DNA of 64,000 nt, taken from Kudoa neothunni. Taxonomy: Eukaryota; Animalia; Cnidaria. This document shows, piece after piece, positions 14,801-27,800 of the stretch. A model generated the notes under the pieces. That model made no database searches. It saw nothing but the letters and a program-made list of their open reading frames with translations, and was not told where the DNA came from. The first letter of the stretch is position 1, and every line of letters starts with the position of its first letter. The stretch is taken from contig OZ199840.1 in NCBI GenBank assembly GCA_964304625.1, forward strand, positions 717,284 to 781,283, written 5' to 3'. A program made the position numbers and the translations under genes.

Positions 14801-16051
14801 TATTATAATAAAAGTTTCTCCATACTCAAAACACTTTCTCATTTAAAATTCTGCTTAATTAAAGCAAGGTAACTATTTTTTATATTATATATCTTTCCAA
14901 TCGAAACACTCTATTCTATAGCTTAAGGCAATTATTGAGTGATATTTGGTAAATTGTCTCATAACCTTGACCCTAAGAATTAATTATTAACTGGACAATG
15001 TATAAAAATTGTTTTAATGGTTCTTAATAATGTTTAAAAATGAAAACAATCTTAAGAACTGAATTTTCCTTGAAGGATACTAATTCATGGAAAAAAACAT
15101 AATCACACGACATATTTGTAAAATTTTTGTATTGCTTGATCAGTTGTTAATATCGAATTATTTTTCAATATATAAATATAGTAGATTTTAATTGAAATTA
15201 ATATTTTTTTTAATTAAATCCCATATTTTAACTATTAAAGTATAATAATTCAAGTCAGGCTCTATTTCTTGATATTTATTTTTCGTAACAAAACTTTTCA
15301 AACATTAAGGCTGATAAATAATTTTTATAACTTCTAAAAAGACTCCTATGATGGTCATTTTCATTATTCCGGCTGCGAATACACACGATACACTAATCAG
15401 ATGAAGGTTTTTGTGTCATCTGAAAAACAAGCAGTTGGTTTTCTTTTCGTAGGAAATGTTTTTATTGTCCCAATTGCTGAAAATCGCAGCGCACGAACGG
15501 ATTTACAACCCTCAAGAATGGTTATAAATAACTGCACAATTATCCCTAGTTCTATAAAAATGTATGTATGTATGTATGTACGTACGTACATCATTTATCC
15601 GTTTAAGAGTATTATTTTTAGAACGATATCAACTTTAATATAGTTCATTGAAATTATATAAAACAAATATCAAACATAAAAAGGATATAATAAGTATTTG
15701 TGGTATTATCCAACTTTCTAAGTTCACTTTCTCAATATAAATTGTTCAATAAAAAAGTTGCTGTCATTGCATCACCGCGAATAAAGAGGAGAGAAGCCAC
15801 CATTATGCCTTGGTGGAAAAATTAATCATATTTTGTATTCATATAGAAAATATATTGATTTTTATTTTGAGAAGGATATTTAAAATATGATTTTATAAAA
15901 ATCTTCAAATAACAACAAATTAAGAGCATTTTGTTTGAGTTTTGATTGTTACAAAAAAGTATTAATATTCGACATCATTAGAATATAATAATTAAATTAA
16001 TACTATATTCATCAAAACATTTATTTTAAACTTAAAAAAATAAAGTATGTA

Positions 16052-18082
16052 CAGTAGTGAAGGGATACTACGCACTTTTTTGGGACGAAACATTTAGGTG
16101 CGTAGTAACCCTGTATTACGTAGTATCCATGTCCTGGCGCGCAAAATGAGAGAAAAATCTTAGTCGCGCACCGCTGTATTTTGTATTTAACAATCATATT
16201 TGCCTACCCATATTAATGTTAACTCGTATATATTTGAAAAAATCAATAGTAAATACACGAAAAAAGAAATATAAGATGAATAAACTAGAATAATTCGAAA
16301 TTATACAGATTTTTTGAAATATTCGGTTATTTTATCGTTCTTTTGGGAACCGCGTCTTATGTTGCAAATAGAAAAGTCTAATTTGGTTATATTTTCTAAC
16401 ATAGTTGGGTCATGAATAAAAAAAACTTCCTCAATTTATTTAAATGTTCGATAACTTCATTAATGGAACAAATTGTGCTAGTTTGTTCATAACTTGCATC
16501 AGAAGACGATTCATCCATTGCATCGACACCATTATTTATCGGGTTAACACATTCTTCTTCTGGGTCTCTAATTGAAATAATTTCTTCTTCATCAACACAG
16601 TCTCCAAGTTGATTTTCTGGTAAATTACTTTCAAACGAAGGAATGATGTCTGCTGAATCATAGTTATTAAAAAAGAATGATTTTCTAAAACAGTTTTTTA
16701 TTGTTTCGTCAGTCACTAATTGCCATGCTTCTTTAATTACATACACAGCTTCAAGTAAGTCTGGAGGATCATCACTTAAATTGTTATCAGAAGCATCCGT
16801 GGAATTAGAAATGGCTTTATTTATAAAATAATTTGTCAGATGATTTTTGTAAATACATTTAAAACTGTTAATAATTCCCTGATCCAATGGTTGCAATACA
16901 CTGGTTGTTTTGGGTGGGAAAAAACAGAGTTGGATGTTTGAAAAATTTAGTGTTGGGTGGGATGGACAATTATCAACAAATAATAAGATACTTCTCTTGC
17001 ATCGAGAAAGTTCGCGATTCCACTCCGTTAGATACTTTGAAAAAATCAAGCTGGTCATCCAAGCTTTCTTATTTGCGTAATAGGGAAGTGGAAGATCCTT
17101 AATCTTCCGAAAGCAACGAGGTTTTTCATAATTTCCAATTATTAATAGCGGTCTTTTTTCTCCCAACATCGAGCAAATGGCAGCAATAGTTACTCTCTTC
17201 TTCGATTTTTTTGAACCGTGCAAGTTTCCCTCCTTTTTAAATACGTAACCATACACCAAATTTCATATTGTGATACAAATTTAAAGTATATTTAACTTTT
17301 TCTTTGTTGATAAAATAGTCCAGTCTCGTCCAAATTAAAAATATCTTTTGGGTCATAATTGCCAATCAACTTTAACAGTTGATCTTTCCAAGAGGAAACT
17401 ATTTCTTGATCGACACTCTTAGACTCTCCTGTGAATTTGTTCTTCTTCAGCCCAACTCTTGAAGCAAAGCCTTGAAACCAACCTTTACCAACTTTAGAAG
17501 TTGTTTTTTAACTTCAAATGAATAGTCGTTAGCCTTTTTAATTATATCATCCCCTGAGAGCTCAATATTACGAGCCCTCATTAACTCAATCCACTCCTTA
17601 ACTTTGGAATCTAACGTGGAAAAATTCCCTTTTTTTGGGGGTTTTTCTGCTGTGATCCAGGTCTCCAGAGCTCAAATCTTTCATAATACTGCTCCTTTTT
17701 AAAATATGCTATTCAAAGAAGATATCGATTTGAGATTAAATTTCCCAACGGTTTTAGTTTTTGAGCCATTGAATCCTTTTATTTCGTCGTAATAATTTAT
17801 TATTTTAATCTTGTCATATAACGATCGATATTTTCTCTGATTTCTTAATTGCGTACTAACCATGCCGTTGGATCTAATTGGGGGATTTTTAATGCGCAAT
17901 ATCCATGAAGTGCGCAGTAAGCATGCAGCCAAATTTTCTCTAGTTGTAAGCAATATTTTTAATAATAATTTTTCTTAATTAAACATTTTTAAGTTTATTT
18001 TACTATAAATAACAATATTATGTATTATTAATAGGAAACCATGCCATAATATCCAAAAGTGCGTAATATCCCGGCACTACTG
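16052..18082 (-). mobile_element. pogo/Tigger-family DNA transposon with disrupted transposase
   Basis: TIRs CAGTAGTGAAGGGATACTACGCACTTTT and AAAAGTGCGTAATATCCCGGCACTACTG, both flanked by TA. HTH fragment at 17699-17953, NLDETGL at ~17315-17335, and a DDE_1 ORF at 16396-17259 (KKAWMT, LLFVDNCPSH, QPLDQGII). The reading frame is broken. Confidence 0.92.
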
Positions 18083-19096
18083 TATTTAATTTAGAAGCTG
18101 AACCTAAATTTGAGTCAAAGAAATAATAGAATATTATTTTAGGTTTTAGTCAATTTAATTATACGCTTAACTCAAGATTTATCTTTTTCTGTTAAATAAA
18201 AATTAAGAATATGAAAAAAAAGAATTTTAATAATATAATAAATAAATTATATTTAACGGAGAATAAAAAATTGATCAAACAAAAAAAATTTCACTTCTAT
18301 ACATTATTCTCAATTATTAACTTCTTTAAAAATGATTATATTAGTTAATTACTAATTTTCCAATTAATAATCACACTTTAAACACAGTTTAGGAGACAAT
18401 TTATCAAATAACGCTCAATAATTTCCTCTAATAGTATAGTGTTTCCATACTAAAAATTCATAATACTAGAAATACTTATATAGTTTTAATTGATATAAAA
18501 TAAAAATGAATAAATTCTATGAGGATGGAGAAAATTTCAATATTCTACATACCTCAGCAACAACCGTTTATAATGATTTATTGTTTATTTATTTCATTAT
18601 AATACCATGAAAAAAAATAAAATAAACATTTAATTGCATGAATTGTATTCACAGTCATATTCATATTCCTTCATTGTTAAATATAGAAACCAGTGTTTAA
18701 CATTAGGATTATGATATTTACTTCACCATCATATAAGCGATTAGAAGAAAAATTAATTTTTATAATATTGTTAAAAATATTGAGACGCTCCAACTGAGTG
18801 GAGCATACAAGATTTTTTAGTGTCACTTTAGACGAATAAAGTCATAAAAAAACACTAAAGATGGGGGAACCACACGCTCCACTATAGCCTACCAAGTAAT
18901 TTACTAATTTACCTGGTCGGAATAGTGTTTTTATTTTATGGATAATTCGATAAAATTAAGTCAATATTATTCAAAGAAACTTTTAGTCCTCAGAGAAATC
19001 TTTATTCATTTTTTTAAATTAAACACACTGAAAAGGAGATTTGAGCTTATCGCTTAATTGGCGCGAGTTGTCCAGCTTCGTCCGCGATTGGAAATA

Positions 19097-20892
19097 CAGT
19101 TGTGCCTCGATATTGCGTAATTTAGTTTTGTTAGCATTATGTGCTTTAATTCACTAAATAAAACATAAAAATCATATTCAGTATTCTTAAATGGATAATT
19201 ATACAAACTAACAAAAATTTTGAACAAGCGGATATAAAGCAAATTAGGAAAAACCTTGTCTCGATATTGTGTAACTCATTTTTTCACTTTAATCCCTTTA
19301 ATCTAACGGATATACTGTAAAAAGCACTGCAAGTTCTCAAATAACTAATGAAGATAAAATAAAATTAATTAATTACTCTATTTTGTTTGAAGTCTATATT
19401 GGGTGCTAATGATATTACTGTAAAACGTTTCAGATTACCAGCTAATATTAACTTCAATATTGTTCGATAATTTAAAATAGGTTATTTAAATCTTGATGAA
19501 AGTTTGTTTAAACAAGACAAAATCACAGATTTAAACATTCTTAAATTTAGAAAAATATTTAAACCCGGAAAATACACAGATATTAAAATAATTTTTATAA
19601 TTGGGTAGTTTCAATGCGAAAAAAAATTATTATCCAATTTTTTAATGATCGAATAATTTTGTATTATTTCTAAGTATATTTAAAAAAAGAATTTAACGTA
19701 ACCGAGGTTTGGTTTAATAATTGCAGAAGGCGTTACGGTCCGAAAAACTCAAATTGCACGGAAAAGGAGAGCGCTGGTTTTAAATCTACATATATCTGTT
19801 GACGAGTAATTTTCCCGAGAGATTGTCAAGATACAATCCGGACTACATATTAAATTTTGATGAGACGGCTCATTTTTATGAACAACTGATTCAGCGTACG
19901 TCCACTATTAAAAATTAGCACAATGTAAGCGTGCTAAGATTTTTATCATTTCTACAATGACCGAAGAAAAACTTCAATTACACGTAATAAGAAAACTAGC
20001 TGTTTTAGGGGTTTAGAGAGCTTTAAGTTAAATGTCATTTTCAAATGAATGTGTTTTTATCTTCACCTATATCTTATCAGATCCTCTAAGATATGTACCA
20101 GAAATTTATAAAAGAAAAAGGAAAATTTTAATTTAATTATAAAAGTTCTCATATTGTCCTTAATCGATCGATTAAGAAACATTCAATTCTTACATCTATC
20201 AAAAACACTGCGTGTGCGGTGCAACCAATTTTTCTGGGCATAATTCGCCGCTGAAAAGCCAATTAAAAAAAGATTATGCATAAATGTGCTATTCGGACAG
20301 AAGGATCAAAAAATGTTTAAATATACCATATTCGAACACTTTAATGCGTTAAAATTGATCCGGGAATGATTATGGTTAAAAAATTAGTAATTGGGTTTAT
20401 AAGTCGTCTATTTTCTAATAAAAATTAAGAAAATAAAACTTTAAAGTAACCATTTGAATAAATAACATTATAAAGTAATTAATAGAAAAATTTTAATATA
20501 CATATGTGTAGATAATAATGTTTAATGATATGATTTTTTTGAAGAAAACAAAATTTTACATTTAAATTAAGAAGATCAAGGTAAATTTACACTTTGGAGT
20601 GAAGATCCTGAACTCACACACAACAAAGAAATCGTTACAATGTTTCAAGTATAAATCCTATAAATTCGCGAAAAAAACGTATATCATTGAGAATTCTATT
20701 TAATTATTTTCTGTATATTAATTTAAAGATTCTTTACGCAAAATTATCAATAAATTAATAAAACAATTATAAAGTAGATGAGTTATTTTGTAAGAAATGT
20801 TAAATTAGAAGTTATTATGCGTGCGCACATGACTCGATATTATCTAAAATTTCCCCAGTCCCAAAATATTACGCAATATCGAGACACGACTG
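19097..20892 (+). mobile_element. Highly decayed pogo/Tigger element
   Basis: TA-flanked TIRs CAGTTGTGCCTCGATATTGCGTAA and TTACGCAATATCGAGACACGACTG. A residual NFDETAHFY motif lies at ~19853-19879. No long ORF. Confidence 0.8.
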
Positions 20893-21577
20893 TATATTTC
20901 TTTATAAAGTTTTTTTATAGAATACAATAATGCTCGTATAAATTCCATGAATGTAATAGAATTAAAATCTTTTAAGTATTATATTTTCAGCAATTGCGAT
21001 TAGCGAAATTAAAAATAAAATTATTTTACGAATATAATGAAATTAAGAACTATATGTAGTTGGGAGAAAAATTAGAAGTTTTAATTTTATTCGCTGAAAT
21101 CAATATCGCGTTATTCGATATAAATTTTTTAAATTTATTCTTTCACATAAACAACATCAAATCGCATTGATATTAATTTAAATAATTAACAGATTTAGTT
21201 AACGTCAAATATAAAGTTTATTTTAAAACTTATTCGGTTCAGTTAGATTTAGCAGAAGATTTCAATAAAATCAGAGGACTCCCACTAATATTATAAGGCT
21301 TTTATTTGTCTGATTCTAATTCCCGCTACCAATTTATCATTTATTACGCAAACGTAATTTTTCATAACACTTACAGCCATAAATAGAATTTTCAAAATGT
21401 ACTTATCACGTCCACTTTGATACTTTAAAAAAGCCCATATAAGGAGTATATTTCCCATAACTTACAACGTGAAACACCTACAAATAAATTAAATCGTTTA
21501 ATTAACTGTTTAATGAGGCGTATAAATAATATTTATATTTTAAAGTCACTATCACTCTACAGCAGCTGTTCTTAATC

Positions 21578-22035
21578 AGGGGGTGCGTGAACGAATGTGA
21601 ATGTAAGGAGGGCGGTGAATAATTTCAATAAAATTTAAACCCAATTTTATGAACACTTATTCATCATTATTAGCTAGTTTTAAATATTAGCGTAATTATT
21701 GAAAATTTCGAATATACCCTTTGTATATTGTTCCTTATAAATATTTGATATTTATAACAATATTTCCTTGTATAAACACTTATTTGGTGAAATTCCTCAA
21801 CAAAATTAGTTATTAAAAACTAAAAATTTATAATGCAGTAATTCGTAATGTTGCAGATTATACATTTGGAATAATTACCTTTTTTGCAATAGCCTATATT
21901 TGCGAATCCAGATTGTCCACGCTGGTTACGGGAAAACAAACTCACGATATCTATTATAAGTGCGTTGCTCTTCTATATAACCTGCCTAATTTGTATGAAC
22001 TTATCGATAAAAATAAACTGCATCAATCGCATTAA
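21578..22035 (+). mobile_element. hAT (Buster/ZBED5-like) transposase C-terminal remnant
   Basis: 21875-22035 translates, across a frameshift, to LP(F)AIAYICESRLSTLV..CVALLYNLPNLYELIDKNKLHQSH*, resembling the hAT dimerisation-domain end. A hAT-like terminus CAGCTGTTCTTAATCAGGGGG lies at ~21563-21583. Confidence 0.55.
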
Positions 22036-22952
22036 ATATTAATTAAGTCTTTATTACGTAGCATGGTTACTGCGTACTTTTAGAAATAATATCGAAAATT
22101 CAAAATATGGGATTTAACTATAGATATAAATCTTGAGACATGAGAAAAATATATCGTTAAGTAAATTATAGAATTCAGAAATAATATTTTTGCTGGGAAA
22201 AATAGGAATGTATGCTTATTACACACTGGAGTCTTTGTCCCAAACAAGTGCATAATATATTTGCACAACTTTATTTAATTAAAAAATATGTTTTTTTCAT
22301 TAAAATCTCATTCTACAATATTAATTCTTCCTTTATTAACACTTTATTTCCATAACACAATAAAAAAAGAAAATGGAGATTTCATTTAGCGAGAATTTAC
22401 TGATTATTATGAGAGCGTTCATCAATTGGAAAATTTTTATGGATTTTTTATCTAAAATTTTGGCATATATATGTATCAATTCAACAAATTTTGTTATATT
22501 ATTTAATTTTAAGTATTATGCTTCAATGTCTATACTTGTTTAATGTTTTACTAAATTCTAATCAAATTATAGCGAAATATTTCTCCTTTATTAATTTTTA
22601 ATGATTAAAAATTATTAAAATTCAATTTTAAAAATAATCACGATATAATTAATTTATATAATAAATATTTAATAAATAGGTGATATTAGATAAATTATAT
22701 ATGTTAACACTTTCATTCCAAAATTTTTCTTTTACCTCGTGGTTTTATATATTAAACTATTATTATGATTATATTCGATTTTAATGTTATTTTTTTAGAT
22801 GAATCATTTAATTTTTTATAATCTGTCTACTAGGTTGGATAATCGAAACAAACATTCTAAAATATTTGCCCATGTGGATTATGTATTAAAACAAAATTTG
22901 GTCCATTTTAAATCCTTTGAAAGCATTAGAGGCCGAAAGGAAGAATGATTAA

Positions 22953-24013
22953 CCCTAGAAAGCTCACGAAAAATAGTTAGACAAAGACTCAGTGGGTCTC
23001 TATTCGTCCAAGTATAAATCAGTTAAATAGAGTCACCTAATTATTGTAATGTATTTTTTTATAGATTATTTAACTTTAAAGGATAAAGAATATTTTTTAT
23101 TCCAATCATAATATACGATATTAATAAAGGGACCTAAATAAGCAAAACGTAATGTTGGTTGTCGAATGTTAAAAATGAGATTAAGTATTATAACCACCAA
23201 GAGTAGTTATTATCATAATTTTTCAAAACAATCAAACATAATTTAATAAAAAAACACGACGACGCATTATTCGCACAGTAAGGCCCTAAAGCTGTTTCCA
23301 TGGAATCATGGTCACCATCCAACAACAGGTTATCATCTTTGTTGCTCCATAACTTCTGTATAGAATGATCATATTCTTTGAAATACGATTTAATGCTGAA
23401 ATATGTTTTGGATTGAAAGGTATCAAAGTTAAACGTGTTATTACGAACCATTGTAAATCTCGTGGTATATAGAACTTAACCTCCTCTTCAAACATTCGAC
23501 GACTAACATTACATCGGGCTTATTTAGGTTCCCTTACTAATATCGTATATTATGATTTGAATAAAAAGTTTCAAATATATTAATGTTTTTCTTCTCTCAA
23601 ATCAATTTTAATGTATGATAAAAAATTAAAAAATTCGATGTATAGCTCAATATTACAAAAATCACTCTCCATTAATATTTACAGTTTATAAATTCCTGAA
23701 ATTAGAATAAAAAATATTGTTTATCATTTTAAGTTAAATAATCTATAAAAAATGTTTTTCAATAATTAGGTGACTATATTTGACCGATTTATATTTGAAC
23801 CAATAGAGACCCACTGAGCCTTTGTGTAACTTAATGAAAAAGCTGATAAAAGGATACATAGAATGGAATATTTTTGATTCTTGTAAATATTATTACATTA
23901 AATTTATGATATAATTTACGCTGAATTAATTTTGTTGTATTGAGTATCCCCATAATTTTATAAGCATTTAATTAATTTCTGGACCAAAGTGGGACTCACT
24001 GAGCATTCTAGGA
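22953..24013. mobile_element. Non-autonomous piggyBac-like element with long internal inverted repeats
   Basis: TTAA-CCCTAGAAAGCTCA ... TGAGCATTCTAGGA-TTAA (TTAA TSD, CCCTAGAAAG-type TIR). Internal inverted arms ~22975-23205 pair with ~23455-23565 plus 23703-23831. Confidence 0.75.
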
Positions 24014-24889
24014 TTAAGAACTACTGTACCATCGCTTCAAAATATCTTCTTTTTAATGTTTTACTAGTTATTATTGTCTTGCCTTCGTTGTGAAATTTCA
24101 TTATGAAATTTTTTTATTTAATATACGATTCAGAGATTATATCGTTTTCAACTGGAAATATTTCATGGTTTTTTTTATTTCCCTTTTGTCACGCTACTCG
24201 TTAATAATATTTTATGTTGATTTATTTTCAAAGAACAGGATTATTTAGTTTTTTACGTATTCTCCAACGATTAAATAACTCTTTTACTAATTTAAAAATT
24301 AAAATATTTTTTAAAAAATGTCAATTTTTTAAATAATTTAATTGCGTCCATGAATTATGTTAAAACCTGAAAATATATTGTTACAATCTTTAGTCGAGAG
24401 AAGTGCTTACGAGCCGTCACATACTATTATAGATTAATAAATTTAGAGACTCTTCATATTTCTCACTCTAAATATAATAAATTTTATTTGATATTAATCA
24501 TAAAATTGTTTGTAAATTTACTTCAATATATTAAGCATGCATAGATATTTAGAGTAAAAAAGGTAAATAACAAAATATATGCTATTTCTAAGAAAAGAAA
24601 AAATTTAGTCATAATGCAACAAGAGGGATAAATTTGTTTAGGTAACGGTTGGTCTATTCAAACGTTATGGTGTGTTGGCGTGACGAATCAATGTGACTTC
24701 CATTCTCCGAGGGTCCGAAATATCTCGCATTTTCGAACGGATAAATTTTTTGTTACCTTTAAGATCATTAAAGGCTGGGGATGAAAATATAATACCTTGT
24801 ACGTTGTTTTCTAGAGGATTTGTTTCACGCATGAATCTGTACTTTAAATATAATAAGGCACCATATCATAGAATGGTGAATTGTATTGG

Positions 24890-27800
24890 TTAGAAAGTGG
24901 GGGCCACAGCCCCTTGAAATTCATTACCAATTAATTGATTGCTTTGAAGTTCATCGTGGCTGACTTGTAAATCAGGCGTATCATTTCCAACATTTATGGT
25001 GGACGTTGTTTGGACTGATTCCTATAACGTAGACAATGTTATGACGTGTGGATAACAATCGAATTTACAGTTGAGGAAGTTTGCGTAGAAGCACTATTTA
25101 CATTTGATGTGGATGTGGGTGTAGATGTGGATGTGGATGTAGATATGGATGTTGGTGTGGGTGTAGATGTTAGTGTGGGTGTAGATGTGGATGTTGGTGT
25201 AGATATGGATGTTGGTGTGGGTGTAGATGTGGATGTTGGTGTAGATATGGATGTTGGTGTGGGTGTAGATGTGGATGTGGATGTTGGTGTAGATATGGAT
25301 ATTGGTGTAGATATGGATGTTGGTGTGGATGTGGATGTAGATATGGATGTTGGTGTGGGTGTAGATGTTAGTGTGGGTGTAGATGTGGATGTTGGTATGG
25401 ATGTAGATGTGGATGTTGGTGTAGATATGGATGTTGGTGTGGGTGTGGATGTAGATGTGGATGTGGATATTGGTGTAGATATGGATGTTGGTGTGGGTGT
25501 AGATGTTAGTGTGGGTGTAGATGTGGATGTAGATATGGATGTTGGTGTGGGTGTGGATGTAGATGTGGATGTGGATATTGGTGTAGATATGGATGTTGGT
25601 GTGGGTGTAGATGTTAGTGTGGGTGTAGATGTGGATGTTGGTGTGGGTGTAGATGTTGGTGTGGGTGTAGATGTGGATGTTGGTGTGGATGTGGATGTGG
25701 ATGTTGGTATAGATGTAGATGTGGATGTTGGTGTAGATGTTAGTGTGGGTGTAGATGTGGATGTAGATGTAGATGTGGATGTGGATGTGGGTGTAGATGT
25801 GGATGTGGGTGTTTGTGTAGATGTGGATGTTGGTGTGGGTGTAGATGTGGATGTAGATGTGGATGTAGATGTGGATGTGGATGTGGGTGTAGATGTGGAT
25901 GTTGGTATAGATGTAGATGTGGGTGTTTGTGTGGATGTGGATGTGGATGTTGGTATAGATGTAGATGTGGATGTTGGTGTAGATGTTAGTGTGGGTGTAG
26001 ATGTGGATGTAGATGTAGATGTGGATGTGGATGTGGGTGTAGATGTGGATGTGGATGTAGATGTAGATGTGGATGTGGATGTGGGTGTAGATGTGGATGT
26101 TGGTATAGATGTAGATGTGGGTGTTTGTGTAGATGTGGATGTTGGTGTGGGTGTAGATGTGGATGTAGAGGATAGTTCAGCTTCCAAGATATCAGCATAT
26201 GAATCTATTTATTTTATTTATAAGTAGGGCATGTAATTTTTGGCTCCTTATGCATAGAGGAGATTATATGCAGGTCTGCACAAACATCTCAAAGCCGAAA
26301 AATACTAATCAACATTATAAAGTATATCATAAAATTATATTTCAGTTTCACCATTTTAATATAATTATAAGACCATTGAGATTTTTCCTCTCGAAAGAGA
26401 TATTCTCTCCCCTGAAAGAACGTGCCTAATATTAAAATTTTAAATGCGATTGAAGACAACGGTAATTTTAAGGATTCATAAAAACTGTTGGCAAGTATAT
26501 TTTGCTGAAATATTTATTCTAAACAACGTGAATAAATGTTTTTCAACAAAAGTTTTAGCATTTGTATGTAATCGTGCTGTATTGCATTATTTTTAGGAAA
26601 AACTTATGAGTCTTCTGTAATTATCTGTTATTTTAAATGGTAATCCACCATACTCCACAGTGGAATTAAGATAAATCATTATTTTTTGATTTTTACGATC
26701 TTTAAATAACAAAATAGGGCCAGGAGAGACATTCTTTTACGATTCTACCGTTGAATGATGCTTCGATAATGCATCGTTTCTGCACACGGTTTTGTACACC
26801 ACATAAACTTGTCGTACTTGTAAAAAAATTCATTTAAATAACTTAGAAATTAACATAATCCTAATATAAATATCCAAATCGCATATTTTTCATCCTATTC
26901 TTATTAGGGCGCGCTTTTCGAAACAATTCGAAAAAATAAATGTCGAACCAAATTAATAACATCTACGGTATAAATCGATTGAAATCAAAAATAGCATTTC
27001 CGATTTATAAGGTTTCATGAGATCGTGTATAAATTTGATTGATTCTGAGTGTTTTAAGGAGTACGTTAAAGTATCTCATAAAAACTTAGAGTCATTAAAA
27101 ATTTTGATTTTTCCTGATTGAAAATTCCAGAACAAAGATTGAGTTTATATCGAATATATTTATTCGACTGCATTCATTTAATTTAACTATAAAATAGAAT
27201 AAATTTTTATTTGCATTTATTCTCGTTAAAATGTTTAATTAGTTGTTGTTAAAATTAATTTTGGTGTAATCGTTTTGTGAATTATATTTTAATATCGATT
27301 TTGTTGCAAAAGCCTGCCAATTACTGAATTAAACGAAGGATGGTATCTTTAAGTAGCTAATTAAAAAATTAATATATTTTCGTCGTATAACATCTTGAGT
27401 ATTACTATATAATTTCATATTTTACTAGTATTTAGGTTAAGTTCATATTGTTTAAAAATATGTTGCAAACAAAAATAAATATTAATTAATTAAAGAAGTA
27501 AATAATTTAATCATTATTGCATCTCAATTTACTTCTTGGAATTTTAAAAATATAAAGAACTTTTTATCCTATCAATAAATTTGACATTTTTCCTGAAATT
27601 ATCGTATAAATAATTATTTCTGTAGAAACTACTGTCTGTATTTAATATTCTCCCGAGCTACATTTTTATATTGTAAACTACAAACTTTTATTTCGTATAC
27701 TTTTCTTATAAAGTTTAAAAAGCCATTAAAAATTCGCGGTAAATATCATTTAAATTGATTTTTATTTTATATAATAAATAATGTTAATTTTAGCTTCTTT

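Noticed and set aside
14480-15830. ORFs 14493-14846 and 15397-15643; CFSDDTK resembles the LINE RT FADD motif
   Set aside because: A single short motif in AT-rich DNA, interrupted by a (TATG)n microsatellite; insufficient evidence.
25105-26170. CRISPR-like or telomeric array
   Set aside because: No unique spacers; it is a degenerate coding 6-mer repeat in a eukaryotic exon.
25046-26227. 393-aa Val-Asp-Gly ORF on + (also 42494-42700) and His-Pro ORFs 25986-26198 and 42450-42665
   Set aside because: Shadow frames of the hexamer repeat. Only the Thr/Ser/Pro frame on the minus strand is joined by in-phase splice sites to a signal peptide.
26199-26429. 76-aa ORF conserved at 42672-42902
   Set aside because: Antisense, inside the long intron; the conservation just reflects the duplication.
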